Source: Gaiellales bacterium
GTDB taxonomy: Bacteria; Actinomycetota; Thermoleophilia; Gaiellales; Gaiellaceae
Direction of reading: 5' to 3'
Assembly: GCA_038237235.1 (NCBI GenBank)
Contig: JBBRYW010000002.1
Location: 12,998 to 76,997, forward strand
DNA length: 64,000 nucleotides
The notes under the pieces were generated by a model. The model saw only the letters and a list, made by a program, of their open reading frames with translations, was not told where the DNA came from and did no database searches. Position 1 is the stretch's first letter, and the number at the start of each line of letters is the position of its first letter. This document shows, piece after piece, positions 1 to 8,244 of the stretch. Position numbers and translations under genes: made by a program.

Positions 1-108
1 GACCGGTGGACGTCGGTCGAGCAGATGTGGGTCGCCGAGCGGGCCTTCCGCTCTGGGCGGGGCTTCTACCCGTGGCCGAACACCGCGCGAGCCTGCGGCC
101 TGATCTAG
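1..108 (+). CDS. 3' end of an Rpf/transglycosylase-like protein (partial, start outside window)
   Basis: Frame 1 reads ...EQMWVAERAFRSGRGFYPWPNTARACGLI then TAG at 106-108. This resembles the C-terminal end of resuscitation-promoting-factor type lysozyme-like domains. Only 35 codons are visible. Confidence 0.35.
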   Translation, partial: DRWTSVEQMWVAERAFRSGRGFYPWPNTARACGLI

Positions 109-139
109 CGCCAAGCCGCCCGTCGTCAGGAGCGTCGGC

Positions 140-159
140 CCCGGGACGCAAGTCCCGGG
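140..159. terminator. Perfect 8-bp GC hairpin between convergent genes
   Basis: cccgggac-gcaa-gtcccggg. It lies between the stop at 108 (+) and the stop at 176 (-). Confidence 0.5.
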
Positions 160-175
160 ACCGGGCCTGGCAGGT

Positions 176-559
176 TCAGGTCGAGAGCAGTCGCTCGAAG
201 AACGAGCGGTAACGCTGCAGCCCGACGCGAAGATCCTCGGTCGAGGCGTCGCCACCGCCGCTCCACTGCGCCTCGAGCGTCTCCCGCTCGGAAGCGAACG
301 TCTGGGCGAGCCGCTGCATCAGCTCGGCCACCAAGGCGTCCGCCTGCTCGACCGACTCGCGCGGAGCATCCACGAATCGCGTCTGAATCGAGCTCCACCG
401 GCCGCGGAAGCTTTCGGCTTCCTCGCCGGGAAGCAGCGACTCGAGGCCGCCGTTTCCTGTATCCGCGGCATCATCGTCGACAACCGCTGCCGAGTCGCTC
501 TCGGCGGCTTGTGGCTGGGCGATGTCAGCGGTGGTCAGGTTTCGATTCTCCTCGGTCAT
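176..559 (-). CDS. Hypothetical acidic protein, paralog of the C-terminal repeat of the next gene
   Basis: 127-aa ORF. It shares ...RFVD.P...V..AD.LV.E.M......F...R......STEDLR..L..YRS.FE.LL with ORF 556-1116. Its start overlaps the upstream stop. Confidence 0.6.
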   Translation of the reverse strand: MTEENRNLTTADIAQPQAAESDSAAVVDDDAADTGNGGLESLLPGEEAESFRGRWSSIQTRFVDAPRESVEQADALVAELMQRLAQTFASERETLEAQWSGGGDASTEDLRVGLQRYRSFFERLLST

Positions 560-1116
560 CGCTCGGCCTCCACACGCTCGGGCGCCCGCGTCTCGAGCAA
601 CTGCTCGAAGAGCGAGCGGTAATGGACGAGTGACTGGCGCAAGTCCTCGGTGGATGCCTCTCCCCGCTGACTCGCGACCGAGACGCCGTGGGCTGCGCGG
701 TAGTTCTCGACGATCTCCGGATGGTCGACCGAGATATCGGCTGCCCTCTGCTCGAAGTCGTCAGTCGGGTAGCCGCGCTCGCGCATGACCTCCTGCACGA
801 GACTGTCGGCGTCGCCGACCGCGCTCCCCGGATCGTCGACGAACCGTGCCTGCGTCTCGCGCCAGCGATCGAAGTACCGGTCGCGCGCCGCAGGCGTGAG
901 CGGCCGGATGTCGAGCTCCTCACGCCGTTTCTCGCGTTGCGCCAGCTCCGACTCGGCCTCCCGGCGGTTCCCTGTCTGCTCGACCGTCCGGTCGTACTCC
1001 GGCCCGAAGCCCTCCTGCAGATGCGCGGTGCGGCGCTTTCGGGTGAGGTTCCACGCGACCAGGCCGAGCACGAGAACGACCGCCGCGACGATCACGATCC
1101 ATACCCAGGTATCCAT
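556..1116 (-). CDS. Membrane-anchored protein with two copies of the same helical repeat
   Basis: 186-aa ORF with an N-terminal TM helix (WVWIVIVAAVVLVLGLVAW). Two repeats follow, each ending in ...TEDLR/...YR.LFE.LL-like motifs. Confidence 0.65.
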   Translation of the reverse strand: MDTWVWIVIVAAVVLVLGLVAWNLTRKRRTAHLQEGFGPEYDRTVEQTGNRREAESELAQREKRREELDIRPLTPAARDRYFDRWRETQARFVDDPGSAVGDADSLVQEVMRERGYPTDDFEQRAADISVDHPEIVENYRAAHGVSVASQRGEASTEDLRQSLVHYRSLFEQLLETRAPERVEAER

Positions 1117-1202
1117 TTTGTTCCTCCTTCTCCCCCGCAGCTCGTTGACCCGCGGGTCAATTGCCGACTGGATACCCCCTGATGGAAGCCGTAAACAGGG
1201 CG

Positions 1203-2654
1203 TCAGCCGAGCTTGGCGCGGAGGAGCTCGTTGACGACTCGCGGGTCGGCCTTTCCTGCGGTCTCCTTCATCACCTGCCCGACGAAGAAGCCGAGCAACC
1301 CCTGCTTGCCGGCCCGGTATGCCGCCACCTGCGATTCGTTCGCGGCCAGCACCCGATCGATCAGCGGCTCGAGCTCGCCCGAATCCGTGATCGACGACTC
1401 GGCCAGGTACCGATCGGCGGAGAACATCGGGTCGCCGCTCGCCGACAGCGCCTCGAGGAACGACGTGCGGGGGATCGTGGCTCGCGCGCCGATCAGCCTG
1501 CCGAGCTCGGTCGCGTCGACGAGCGCGGGATCGACGCTCGCTGCTGCGAGCTCGTTCATGAGTACGTTGGAGGCCGCCTTCGCGTCCGTTCCGGCGGCCA
1601 CGACCTGCTCGAAGAGGGCGGCGGTCGCGGCATTGCCGTTCAGCACGTCGGCGTCGTAGAACGACAATCCGTAGGCGCTCCGGAATCGGTGGACGCGGTC
1701 GCCAGGCAGTTCGGTGAGCTCGGCCCGGACGCTCTCGACGAGCGAGCGTGGCGGCTCGATCGGAACGAGGTCGGGCTCAGGGAAATAGCGGTAGTCCTGC
1801 GCCTCTTCCTTCGAGCGAAGCGGCGGCGCATCCTCGTGAGCCGGGTCGAAGTGGAGCGTTTCCTGCTCGATCTCTCCCCCCGACTCGTAGATCTGGATCT
1901 GCCGTTCGACCTCCCGGGCGATTCCTCGGGCGGCGAAGGCGAAGGAGTTCATGTTCTTCAATTCGGTGCGCGTGCGAAGCTCGGCGGAGCCCTGCGGGCG
2001 CACGGAGACGTTCACGTCGAAGCGAAACGACCCCTTCTCCATCTCCGCATCCGAGATCTCGAGCTCGACGACGGTCTGTCGCAGCAGCTGCAGAAAGCGT
2101 CTCGCGTCGTCCGCCGAGCGTAGATCGGGGCGCGTCACGATCTCGACCAGCGGAGTGCCGCCGCGGTTGAAGTCCACGAGCGTCCGCGTTGCGCCCGCGA
2201 TTCGCCCCTCGCTACCGCCGACGTGAACGCTCTTCGCCGCATCCTCCTCGAGGTGAGCGCGGACGATGCCCACCTCGGCGTCGGCGTCCGGGCCGGGAAC
2301 GACGAAGCGGCCGTTCACGCAAAGCGGCTCGTCGTACTGCGAGATCTGGTAGCCCTTGGGGGAATCGGGGTAGAAGTACGCCTTGCGGTGGAAGAGCGCG
2401 CGGGGCGAGATGTCGCAGCCGAGCGCGAGGCCGAGCCTGATGGTCCACGCGACAGCGCGCCGGTTCGGCACCGGAAGCGCACCGGGGTGTGCGAGGCAGA
2501 CCGGGCAGGTGAGGGCGTTCTCGGCCTCCCCGTAGGCGACGGCGCAGCGGCAGAACATCTTCGTGCGCGTCTTCAGGTGGATGTGGATCTCGAGGCCGAT
2601 CACGGACTCCCAAGCGGTCGTGCCGGGCTCGGCTTCGACCGTCGGGGTCGTCAC
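1203..2654 (-). CDS. gatB: Asp/Glu-tRNA amidotransferase subunit B
   Basis: WESVIGLEIHIHLKT...KMFC, GATRTLVDFNRGGTPLVEIV and a C-terminal GatB/YqeY tail. I place the start at the GTG at 2654, which overlaps the gatA TGA (GTGA). The longer tracked ORF to 2798 runs antisense-free but Arg-rich into gatA. Confidence 0.93.
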   Translation of the reverse strand: MTTPTVEAEPGTTAWESVIGLEIHIHLKTRTKMFCRCAVAYGEAENALTCPVCLAHPGALPVPNRRAVAWTIRLGLALGCDISPRALFHRKAYFYPDSPKGYQISQYDEPLCVNGRFVVPGPDADAEVGIVRAHLEEDAAKSVHVGGSEGRIAGATRTLVDFNRGGTPLVEIVTRPDLRSADDARRFLQLLRQTVVELEISDAEMEKGSFRFDVNVSVRPQGSAELRTRTELKNMNSFAFAARGIAREVERQIQIYESGGEIEQETLHFDPAHEDAPPLRSKEEAQDYRYFPEPDLVPIEPPRSLVESVRAELTELPGDRVHRFRSAYGLSFYDADVLNGNAATAALFEQVVAAGTDAKAASNVLMNELAAASVDPALVDATELGRLIGARATIPRTSFLEALSASGDPMFSADRYLAESSITDSGELEPLIDRVLAANESQVAAYRAGKQGLLGFFVGQVMKETAGKADPRVVNELLRAKLG

Positions 2655-4072
2655 AGGATCGCCTCCGCGAGACGTGGCGGCACGACGTCGAAGCCAAGCG
2701 CGCGCTCGAGCGCGTGGCCGGCTCGAAAGAGCGTGTTCTCCGAGAACTGCGCGCCGACGAGCTGCAGGCCCACGGGTAGTCCGTCCGAGAGCCCGCACGG
2801 GAGCGAGAGGCTGGGAAGGCCGGCCATGTTCGGCGGGATCGCGAGCACGTCCGAGAGATACATGGCGAGCGGGTTCCCGGTCTTCGCGCCGAGGGGGAAA
2901 GCAACCGTCGGGGACGTTGGCGACACGAGCACGTCGAACCGCTCGAGGGCCTCCGCGAACTCGCGCCGGATCACCGTCCGTACCTTCTGCGCCTGCCCGT
3001 AGAAGGCGTCGTAGTAGCCCGCCGAGAGCGCGTAGGTGCCGATCATGATCCGCCTCTTGGGCTCGTCGCCGAAGCCCGCGTCGCGCGTCCCCTCGTACAT
3101 CTCCCGCACCGAGCCATGCGTCTCGGCGCGGAGGCCGTACCGGACGCCGTCGTAGCGCGCCAGGTTGGACGAGGCCTCAGCGGGAGCGATCACGTAGTAG
3201 CAGGGCAGGCCATAATCAACCGACAGGGGAAGCCTGCACTCCCCCACTTCTGCGCCCAGCTCGCGGCAGAGCTCGATCGCCCGCCCGACCGCGGCGCCGA
3301 CGCCGGGCTCGATTCCCTCGACCTCGTTCAGCTCTCGCGGGACGCCGACGCGCAAGCCGCGCAGATCCTCGGCCTCCGGCAGCTCCACCGCCGCGGGCAG
3401 CTCGACCGTGGTCGAGTCACAGGGGTCGCGGCCGGCTATGACCCGGTACAGCAGCGCGCAGTCCCGCACCGTCTTCGCGAGCGGGCCGACCTGGTCGAGA
3501 CTGGAGGCGAACGCGACGATGCCGTAGCGCGAGACAGTCCCGTACGTCGGCCTCAGGCCAACGATCCCGCACAGGGCGGCGGGCTGCTTGATCGATCCGC
3601 CCGTGTCGGAGCCGAGCGCCCAGGGGGCGAGGCCACCAGCGACGGCGGCCGCCGAGCCGCCTGACGAGCCGCCCGGGACGCGTTCGGGATCCCACGGGTT
3701 GCGGGTAGGCCCGTACGCCGAGTTCTCCGTCGACGAGCCCATCGCGAACTCGTCCATATTCGTCTTGCCGATCAGCGGCAGCCCCGCGTCCCCGCAGCGC
3801 GTCGCAACGGTCGCGTCGTAGACCGGCCGGTAGCCCTCGAGCATCCGCGAGCCTGCCGTCGTCTCGATCCCGCGCGTCGAGATCACGTCCTTGAAGGCGA
3901 CGGGAACACCGTCGCCGCTTTGGTATTCGACCGTTCGGAGGTAGGCGTGCAGCTCGCCGTCGCGCTCGTCGATCGCGCTCAGGTAGGCCGCGTGCAGCTC
4001 GGCGGCCGAGATTTCACGTACTGCGATAAGCCGCGCCGCCTCCTCGGCGGTCAGACGTAGCGTGTCGATCAT
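2651..4072 (-). CDS. gatA: Glu-tRNA(Gln) amidotransferase subunit A (amidase signature family)
   Basis: 473 aa with GGSSGGSAAAVA and the KTNMDEFAMGSSTENSAYGPTRNPWD amidase signature. It sits in a gatC-gatA-gatB arrangement. Confidence 0.95.
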   Translation of the reverse strand: MIDTLRLTAEEAARLIAVREISAAELHAAYLSAIDERDGELHAYLRTVEYQSGDGVPVAFKDVISTRGIETTAGSRMLEGYRPVYDATVATRCGDAGLPLIGKTNMDEFAMGSSTENSAYGPTRNPWDPERVPGGSSGGSAAAVAGGLAPWALGSDTGGSIKQPAALCGIVGLRPTYGTVSRYGIVAFASSLDQVGPLAKTVRDCALLYRVIAGRDPCDSTTVELPAAVELPEAEDLRGLRVGVPRELNEVEGIEPGVGAAVGRAIELCRELGAEVGECRLPLSVDYGLPCYYVIAPAEASSNLARYDGVRYGLRAETHGSVREMYEGTRDAGFGDEPKRRIMIGTYALSAGYYDAFYGQAQKVRTVIRREFAEALERFDVLVSPTSPTVAFPLGAKTGNPLAMYLSDVLAIPPNMAGLPSLSLPCGLSDGLPVGLQLVGAQFSENTLFRAGHALERALGFDVVPPRLAEAIL

Positions 4073-4359
4073 GCCGGCGGCACCCGGAAGAAGCCTCCCT
4101 CACGCTCGGGCGCAGTCGAGAGAGCCTCGTCGAGGGCGAGCGACGGCCGAGGATCGTCCTCCCCCCAGACGTTCGATACGGCGAGCGGATGTGAAGTCGG
4201 CTCAACGTCGGAGAGGTCAAGCTCGGCCACCTTCCCCACGGCCTCGAGGATCGCGTTCAGCTCCTCCCCGAAGCGCTCCGCCTCTTCGTCGGTGAGAGCC
4301 AGACGCGCCAGCCGCGCCACGTGAAGCACGTCATCCCTCGTGATCGGCACTTGCATCAC
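4069..4359 (-). CDS. gatC: Glu-tRNA(Gln) amidotransferase subunit C
   Basis: 96 aa with ITRDDVLHVARLARLALTDEEAERFGEELNAILE... It overlaps the gatA start by 4 nt. Confidence 0.9.
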   Translation of the reverse strand: MMQVPITRDDVLHVARLARLALTDEEAERFGEELNAILEAVGKVAELDLSDVEPTSHPLAVSNVWGEDDPRPSLALDEALSTAPEREGGFFRVPPA

Positions 4360-4376
4360 ATCCTTCCAGAAGCGAA

Positions 4377-4399
4377 GCGGGCCCCTGTCCGGGGCCCGC
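4377..4399 (-). terminator. 9-bp GC hairpin downstream of the cold-shock gene
   Basis: gcgggcccc-tgtcc-ggggcccgc. It lies between the csp stop (4423) and the gatC start (4359). Confidence 0.5.
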
Positions 4400-4422
4400 G
4401 GTGCAGTTGGTGCGAACTCGTT

Positions 4423-4623
4423 CTAGATCGGTTGAACGTTCGCCGCCTGCAGGCCCTTGTCGCCCTGCACGATCTCGAACTCGACGCGCTGCCCCTCGGT
4501 CAGAGAGCGGTAGCCCTCGGCCGTGATGGCGGAATAGTGGACGAAGACGTCCTCCGCTCCCTCGCGCTCGATGAAGCCGAATCCCTTGTCGTTTGAAAAC
4601 CACTTGACGGTGCCCTGAGCCAC
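4423..4623 (-). CDS. cspA: Cold-shock protein (CSD, CspA family)
   Basis: [30 protein letters not shown] carries the RNP1/RNP2 motifs. The GTG at 4623 is preceded by GGGAGA, so the tracked upstream extension is unlikely. Confidence 0.9.
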   Translation of the reverse strand: MAQGTVKWFSNDKGFGFIEREGAEDVFVHYSAITAEGYRSLTEGQRVEFEIVQGDKGLQAANVQPI

Positions 4624-4703
4624 CAAAATCTCCCTTCGCTTGCAAAAACACGACGGCCCGGGCACCGAGCCGCCGACCCTGCATACAGCGCGCGAATGCT
4701 ATC

Positions 4704-5555
4704 TCACCGGCTTGGGAAGGCAAGCAAGCCGCGCCGGTAGCGCGCCGCCTGCAGGGTGCTGCGGAGCAACATCGCGATCGTCATCGGGCCGACGCCACCC
4801 GGGACGGGCGTGAGGAAGGCCGCTCGCTCGGAGATTCCCTCGCCGACGTCGCCGACGAGACCGGCGCCGGTGCGCGTCAGGCCGACGTCGACGACCGCCG
4901 CTCCCTTCTTGACCATTCCGGCCGTGATCAGTCCCGGGTGCCCGACCCCGGCCACGAGGATGTCGGCGGCGAGCGTGTGCTGATCGAGATCGCGCGTACG
5001 CGAGTGGCAGACCGTGACCGTCGCGTTCGCATGCAGGAGAAGCATCGCCATCGGCTTTCCCACGATCGCGCTGCGTCCCACGACGACAGCGCGTGCACCC
5101 CCCACCGGGATGCGGTACTCCTCGAGGAGGCGCATGACGCCGAGCGGCGTCGCGCCGACGTGTGTCGGGCGCCCTAGGTAGAGCTGGCCTGCGTTGAGCG
5201 GATGGAGGCCATCGACGTCCTTCACCGGCTCGATCGACCGCATCACCTCGTCCTCGTCGATCTGCGGCGGCAGGGGAGTCTGCACGAGTACGCCGTCGAC
5301 CGAGTCGTCTCGGTTCAGCTCCGCGACGAGCTCGAGCACCTGCTCCTGGGAGGTGTCCGCGCCCAGTCGCTTGTCGAGCGGCCCGATGCCGACTTCCTCG
5401 GCTGCCTCGTGCTTGAGACGGATATAGACCTGCGACGCGGGGTCGTCCCCGACAAGCACCGTCGCTAGCCCCGGGCGACCCAGTTCCTCGACCCGGGCGG
5501 CGACCTCCCGGCGAATTCGCGCGGCAAGCGCGCGGCCATCCATCAGCGTCGCCAT
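4704..5555 (-). CDS. folD: Bifunctional methylenetetrahydrofolate dehydrogenase/cyclohydrolase
   Basis: MATLMDGRALAARIR...VLVGDDPASQVYIRLKHEAAEEVG...VVGRSAIVGKPMAMLL...PGGVGPMTIAML. ATG at 5555. The tracked 400-aa ORF has an Arg/Pro-rich artefactual extension. Confidence 0.92.
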   Translation of the reverse strand: MATLMDGRALAARIRREVAARVEELGRPGLATVLVGDDPASQVYIRLKHEAAEEVGIGPLDKRLGADTSQEQVLELVAELNRDDSVDGVLVQTPLPPQIDEDEVMRSIEPVKDVDGLHPLNAGQLYLGRPTHVGATPLGVMRLLEEYRIPVGGARAVVVGRSAIVGKPMAMLLLHANATVTVCHSRTRDLDQHTLAADILVAGVGHPGLITAGMVKKGAAVVDVGLTRTGAGLVGDVGEGISERAAFLTPVPGGVGPMTIAMLLRSTLQAARYRRGLLAFPSR

Positions 5556-5584
5556 GGTGCGCGAAACGTTAGCCTCTTGCTGCG

Positions 5585-6406
5585 ATGGAGACGGAGGAGC
5601 TCGCGAAGGCGCCGGCCGGAGCCGCCGAGGAAGGCGGCGCCTTTGCCGCCGTGCTGCGCTACTACGAGCTGGCGAAGCGGGCCGAGTGGCAGGTTCGAGA
5701 TCTCCCCTGGGGCGAGATTCCACCGCTCCCGGAGTCGACCGGCTCGCCGCAGAAGGTCGCCCGCCGCGGGGACATCTGGCGGTCGGTGATGACGCAGCAG
5801 CTCCAGGCCGACGAGCTCGCCGTCGAGATGGCGACGCAGCTGTTCGCGGTCGCGCCCGACCCCGAGGCGAGGCTCTACTACACGACGATGGTGCAGGACG
5901 AGGCACGCCACACGGAAGCGTGGCTGAAGCTAGCTGCCGAGACGGGCGGCACGGGAGAGCGCGACCCGCACCTCGACCGGCTCGCGCACATGACGCTCGA
6001 GGCGGACACGCTCGAGGAGAAGGTCCTCGTGATGCAGGTTTTCTACGAGCGGCTGATCATTCCGCGCTTCCGGATGATCGCCCGCAGCTCGCCCGGGACG
6101 GTGCTCGAGGATCTCTGCAACCGACTCACTGTGGACGATGGGATTCACCACCGCGCCGGCATGGCCTATGAGCGCGTCCTGCTCGCAAGAGCCGACAAGC
6201 GGACGAAGGTGCGACTCGTCGAGGCCGCCAACCGGATGCTCCCGGTCTTCGTGCAACACGCGCTGTGGCGCCCGAAGGCGCGCGAGGTGATCGGCCGGCT
6301 GATGCGTGAGACGGACATCCGGATGCTCCACGAGGACATCGAGACCGGCGTCCGCAACGCACAGGCGCTCGGCCTCGACGTGAGCGAGATCAGCCTCAGC
6401 TTCTGA
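5585..6406 (+). CDS. Ferritin-like diiron-carboxylate protein (AurF/R2-like oxygenase fold)
   Basis: 273 aa with two E..H-type motifs (VQDEARHTEAW and VDDGIHHRAG) in predicted helices. The N-terminus is WQVRDLPWGEIPPLPE. Confidence 0.7.
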   Translation: METEELAKAPAGAAEEGGAFAAVLRYYELAKRAEWQVRDLPWGEIPPLPESTGSPQKVARRGDIWRSVMTQQLQADELAVEMATQLFAVAPDPEARLYYTTMVQDEARHTEAWLKLAAETGGTGERDPHLDRLAHMTLEADTLEEKVLVMQVFYERLIIPRFRMIARSSPGTVLEDLCNRLTVDDGIHHRAGMAYERVLLARADKRTKVRLVEAANRMLPVFVQHALWRPKAREVIGRLMRETDIRMLHEDIETGVRNAQALGLDVSEISLSF

Positions 6407-6431
6407 GCGCGAGCGGCAAGGGCAGACCGCA

Positions 6432-7649
6432 ATGGAGCTTCGCCGCTGGCCCCGCAAGAACGACGCCGCCTCGGTTCGGGCGCGGCAGGACGCGCTCCGC
6501 GAACTGACCGCGGACGGCGAGGTCTTCGGCCACGACCTCGAGCCGTTCGCGCGTGCGACCGAGATCGTCACCGGCGTCGCCGTCGTTCCGGTCGCCGTCG
6601 TTCCGCTGCAGGTCGAGCTCGGCGACTACGAGCTGTCCGAGCCCGAGGGAGCTGTCGTCGAGCGCGGCCGCGCGTCCGAGAGCGTCTACGTGCCGCTCGC
6701 CAACACTGAGGGCGGCCTCTCGCTCTCGGCGTACCGCGGCGCGCGAGCCGCGGAGGAATCAGGGGGCTTCCGCACGTACGTGCTGGCGGATCGGATGACG
6801 CGCGCCTGCGCCTTCCTCTTCGCAGATGCCGCAGAAAGCACGGCATTCTCGATCTGGATCGAGGCGCAAGTCGGCGAGATGCAACACTGGCTCCAGGCCG
6901 CGTCGATGGAGGGTCTGTCGAGGCACGCCAGGCTGCGCGAGATCGAGACGCACGTGGTCGGTCCTATGTGCCACGTGATGTACGCCTTCACGACCGGCGA
7001 CGCGGTCGGGCTGAACATGGTGACGCGCAACGCCTACGCGCTGAACCACGGCTTCGTGGCGGAGCGAAGCCCGGTCGAGCCACGCCGCTCGATGCTCGAG
7101 GGGAACATGGGCGGCGACAAGAAGCCGTCCCACCGCTACTTCGAGCGAGGCGGTCACGGCAAAACGGTGATCGCGGAGGCGATCCTGACCGCGGAGGCCG
7201 TCCGCCGCGTGCTCTCCACGTCGATCGACGACCTGCTCGAGCTCGCCTTCATCGGCACGCATGGAGCCGTCGCCTCCGGCATGCAGTCGGTCGCGTTCAC
7301 CCCCGCCACGGCGATCGCCGCGATCTTCACCGCCACGGGCCAGGACATCGGGATGGTCGGGACGAGCTCAATGGCACACGGCACTGCGTACGCGGTCGAG
7401 GGCCGTCTGCACGTCGCGATCCGCCTGCCGGGGCTCGAGGTCGCGACGATCGGCGGCGGCACGACGCTGCCCTACGCGCGCTCCTGGCTGGCGCTGATGG
7501 GCTGCGCCGGAGCGGGGAACGTCTACCGTTTCGCCCAGATCGTCGCGGCGGCCGCGCTGTCGCTCGAGATCTCCGCCTCGGCCGCGATGGCATCGGCCGG
7601 CTCGCGCGAGTTCTTCAGGGCGCACCACACGCTGGGCGGCCTGCGGTAG
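6432..7649 (+). CDS. Class-I-like HMG-CoA reductase family protein (soluble catalytic domain only)
   Basis: 405 aa with PLANTEGGLSLSAYRGARA, TGDAVGLNMVT, GDKKPS, GHGKTVIAEA, ATGQDIG, IGGGTTLP and a C-terminal AHH. These are the positions of the HMGR E/K/D/H catalytic residues. Confidence 0.8.
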   Translation: MELRRWPRKNDAASVRARQDALRELTADGEVFGHDLEPFARATEIVTGVAVVPVAVVPLQVELGDYELSEPEGAVVERGRASESVYVPLANTEGGLSLSAYRGARAAEESGGFRTYVLADRMTRACAFLFADAAESTAFSIWIEAQVGEMQHWLQAASMEGLSRHARLREIETHVVGPMCHVMYAFTTGDAVGLNMVTRNAYALNHGFVAERSPVEPRRSMLEGNMGGDKKPSHRYFERGGHGKTVIAEAILTAEAVRRVLSTSIDDLLELAFIGTHGAVASGMQSVAFTPATAIAAIFTATGQDIGMVGTSSMAHGTAYAVEGRLHVAIRLPGLEVATIGGGTTLPYARSWLALMGCAGAGNVYRFAQIVAAAALSLEISASAAMASAGSREFFRAHHTLGGLR

Positions 7650-7657
7650 CCCGGGCA

Positions 7658-8088
7658 GAGTTCAGGCTCGGGGCGTTCGCCGTCATCTTCGACGACTACG
7701 GGCGAGTGCTCTTATGCCGTCGACCCGATCTGGGGATCTGGAATCTCCCGGGCGGCGGCGTAGAGAGCGGAGAGACGCCCTGGGAGGCAGTCGTTCGGGA
7801 GGGGAAGGAGGAGGTCGGGCTCGAGGTCCGAGTCGAGCGGCTCGTCGGCGTGTACGCGAAACCGAACGCCGGCGAGGTCGTCTTCTCGTTCGGCTGCCGG
7901 ATCGTCGGCGGCTCGCTCTCGTTGACCGAGGAGGCCGATGCGATCGAGTCGTCACGAGCGCTCTCCCGCTGCGGACTGCCCCCAAGCACGCCGAGCGGAT
8001 CCACGGCGCCGTCACGGGCGCTCTCCCGCTGCTCAAGGAGCAACTCGGCCCGCCGTCGCGCACGCTGGTCGAACGGGGCCGCCTGTGA
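7658..8088 (+). pseudogene. NUDIX hydrolase, apparently damaged (no canonical start, frame switch near 7940)
   Basis: - **Nudix box:** GGGVESGETPWEAVVREGKEEVGLEV lies in the frame of ORF 6968-8248.
- **C-terminus:** the typical tail (ALPL.TAPKHAERIHGAV...) lies in the frame ending at 8088.
- **Start:** the first canonical start in the Nudix frame is the GTG at 7706, after the first beta-strand.
- **Alternative call:** an ORF caller could instead report the open frame through 8248. Confidence 0.5.
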
Positions 8089-8244
8089 CGAACCCCGCTC
8101 GCATTCCGTCCTAGCACGACCCGTCTTGCGTGTCCCGCTCGACCATTCCCTCGTAGACCCCGCAAGGCGAAGCCGCCGGCCGGCGGCTCGCCGGCACCTG
8201 AGCCGGTGCCTGGCCGGAAGAGCTGCTCGCGTAGCATCCAGTCG

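Noticed and set aside
1161-2123. 320-aa plus-strand ORF and other long frames over gatB/gatA (for example 2223-3002, 3116-3664)
   Set aside because: They are opposite or out of frame to gatB and gatA, which carry family signatures. These are shadow ORFs.
2655-2798. Upstream extension of gatB to the tracked start at 2798
   Set aside because: The extension lies inside gatA and is Arg/Ala-rich. The GTG at 2654 gives the canonical GTGA coupling and a normal GatB N-terminus.
5556-5906. Upstream extension of folD (117 extra codons)
   Set aside because: The extension is Arg/Pro/Ser-rich and overlaps the divergent diiron gene start region. MATLMDGRALA is the normal FolD N-terminus.
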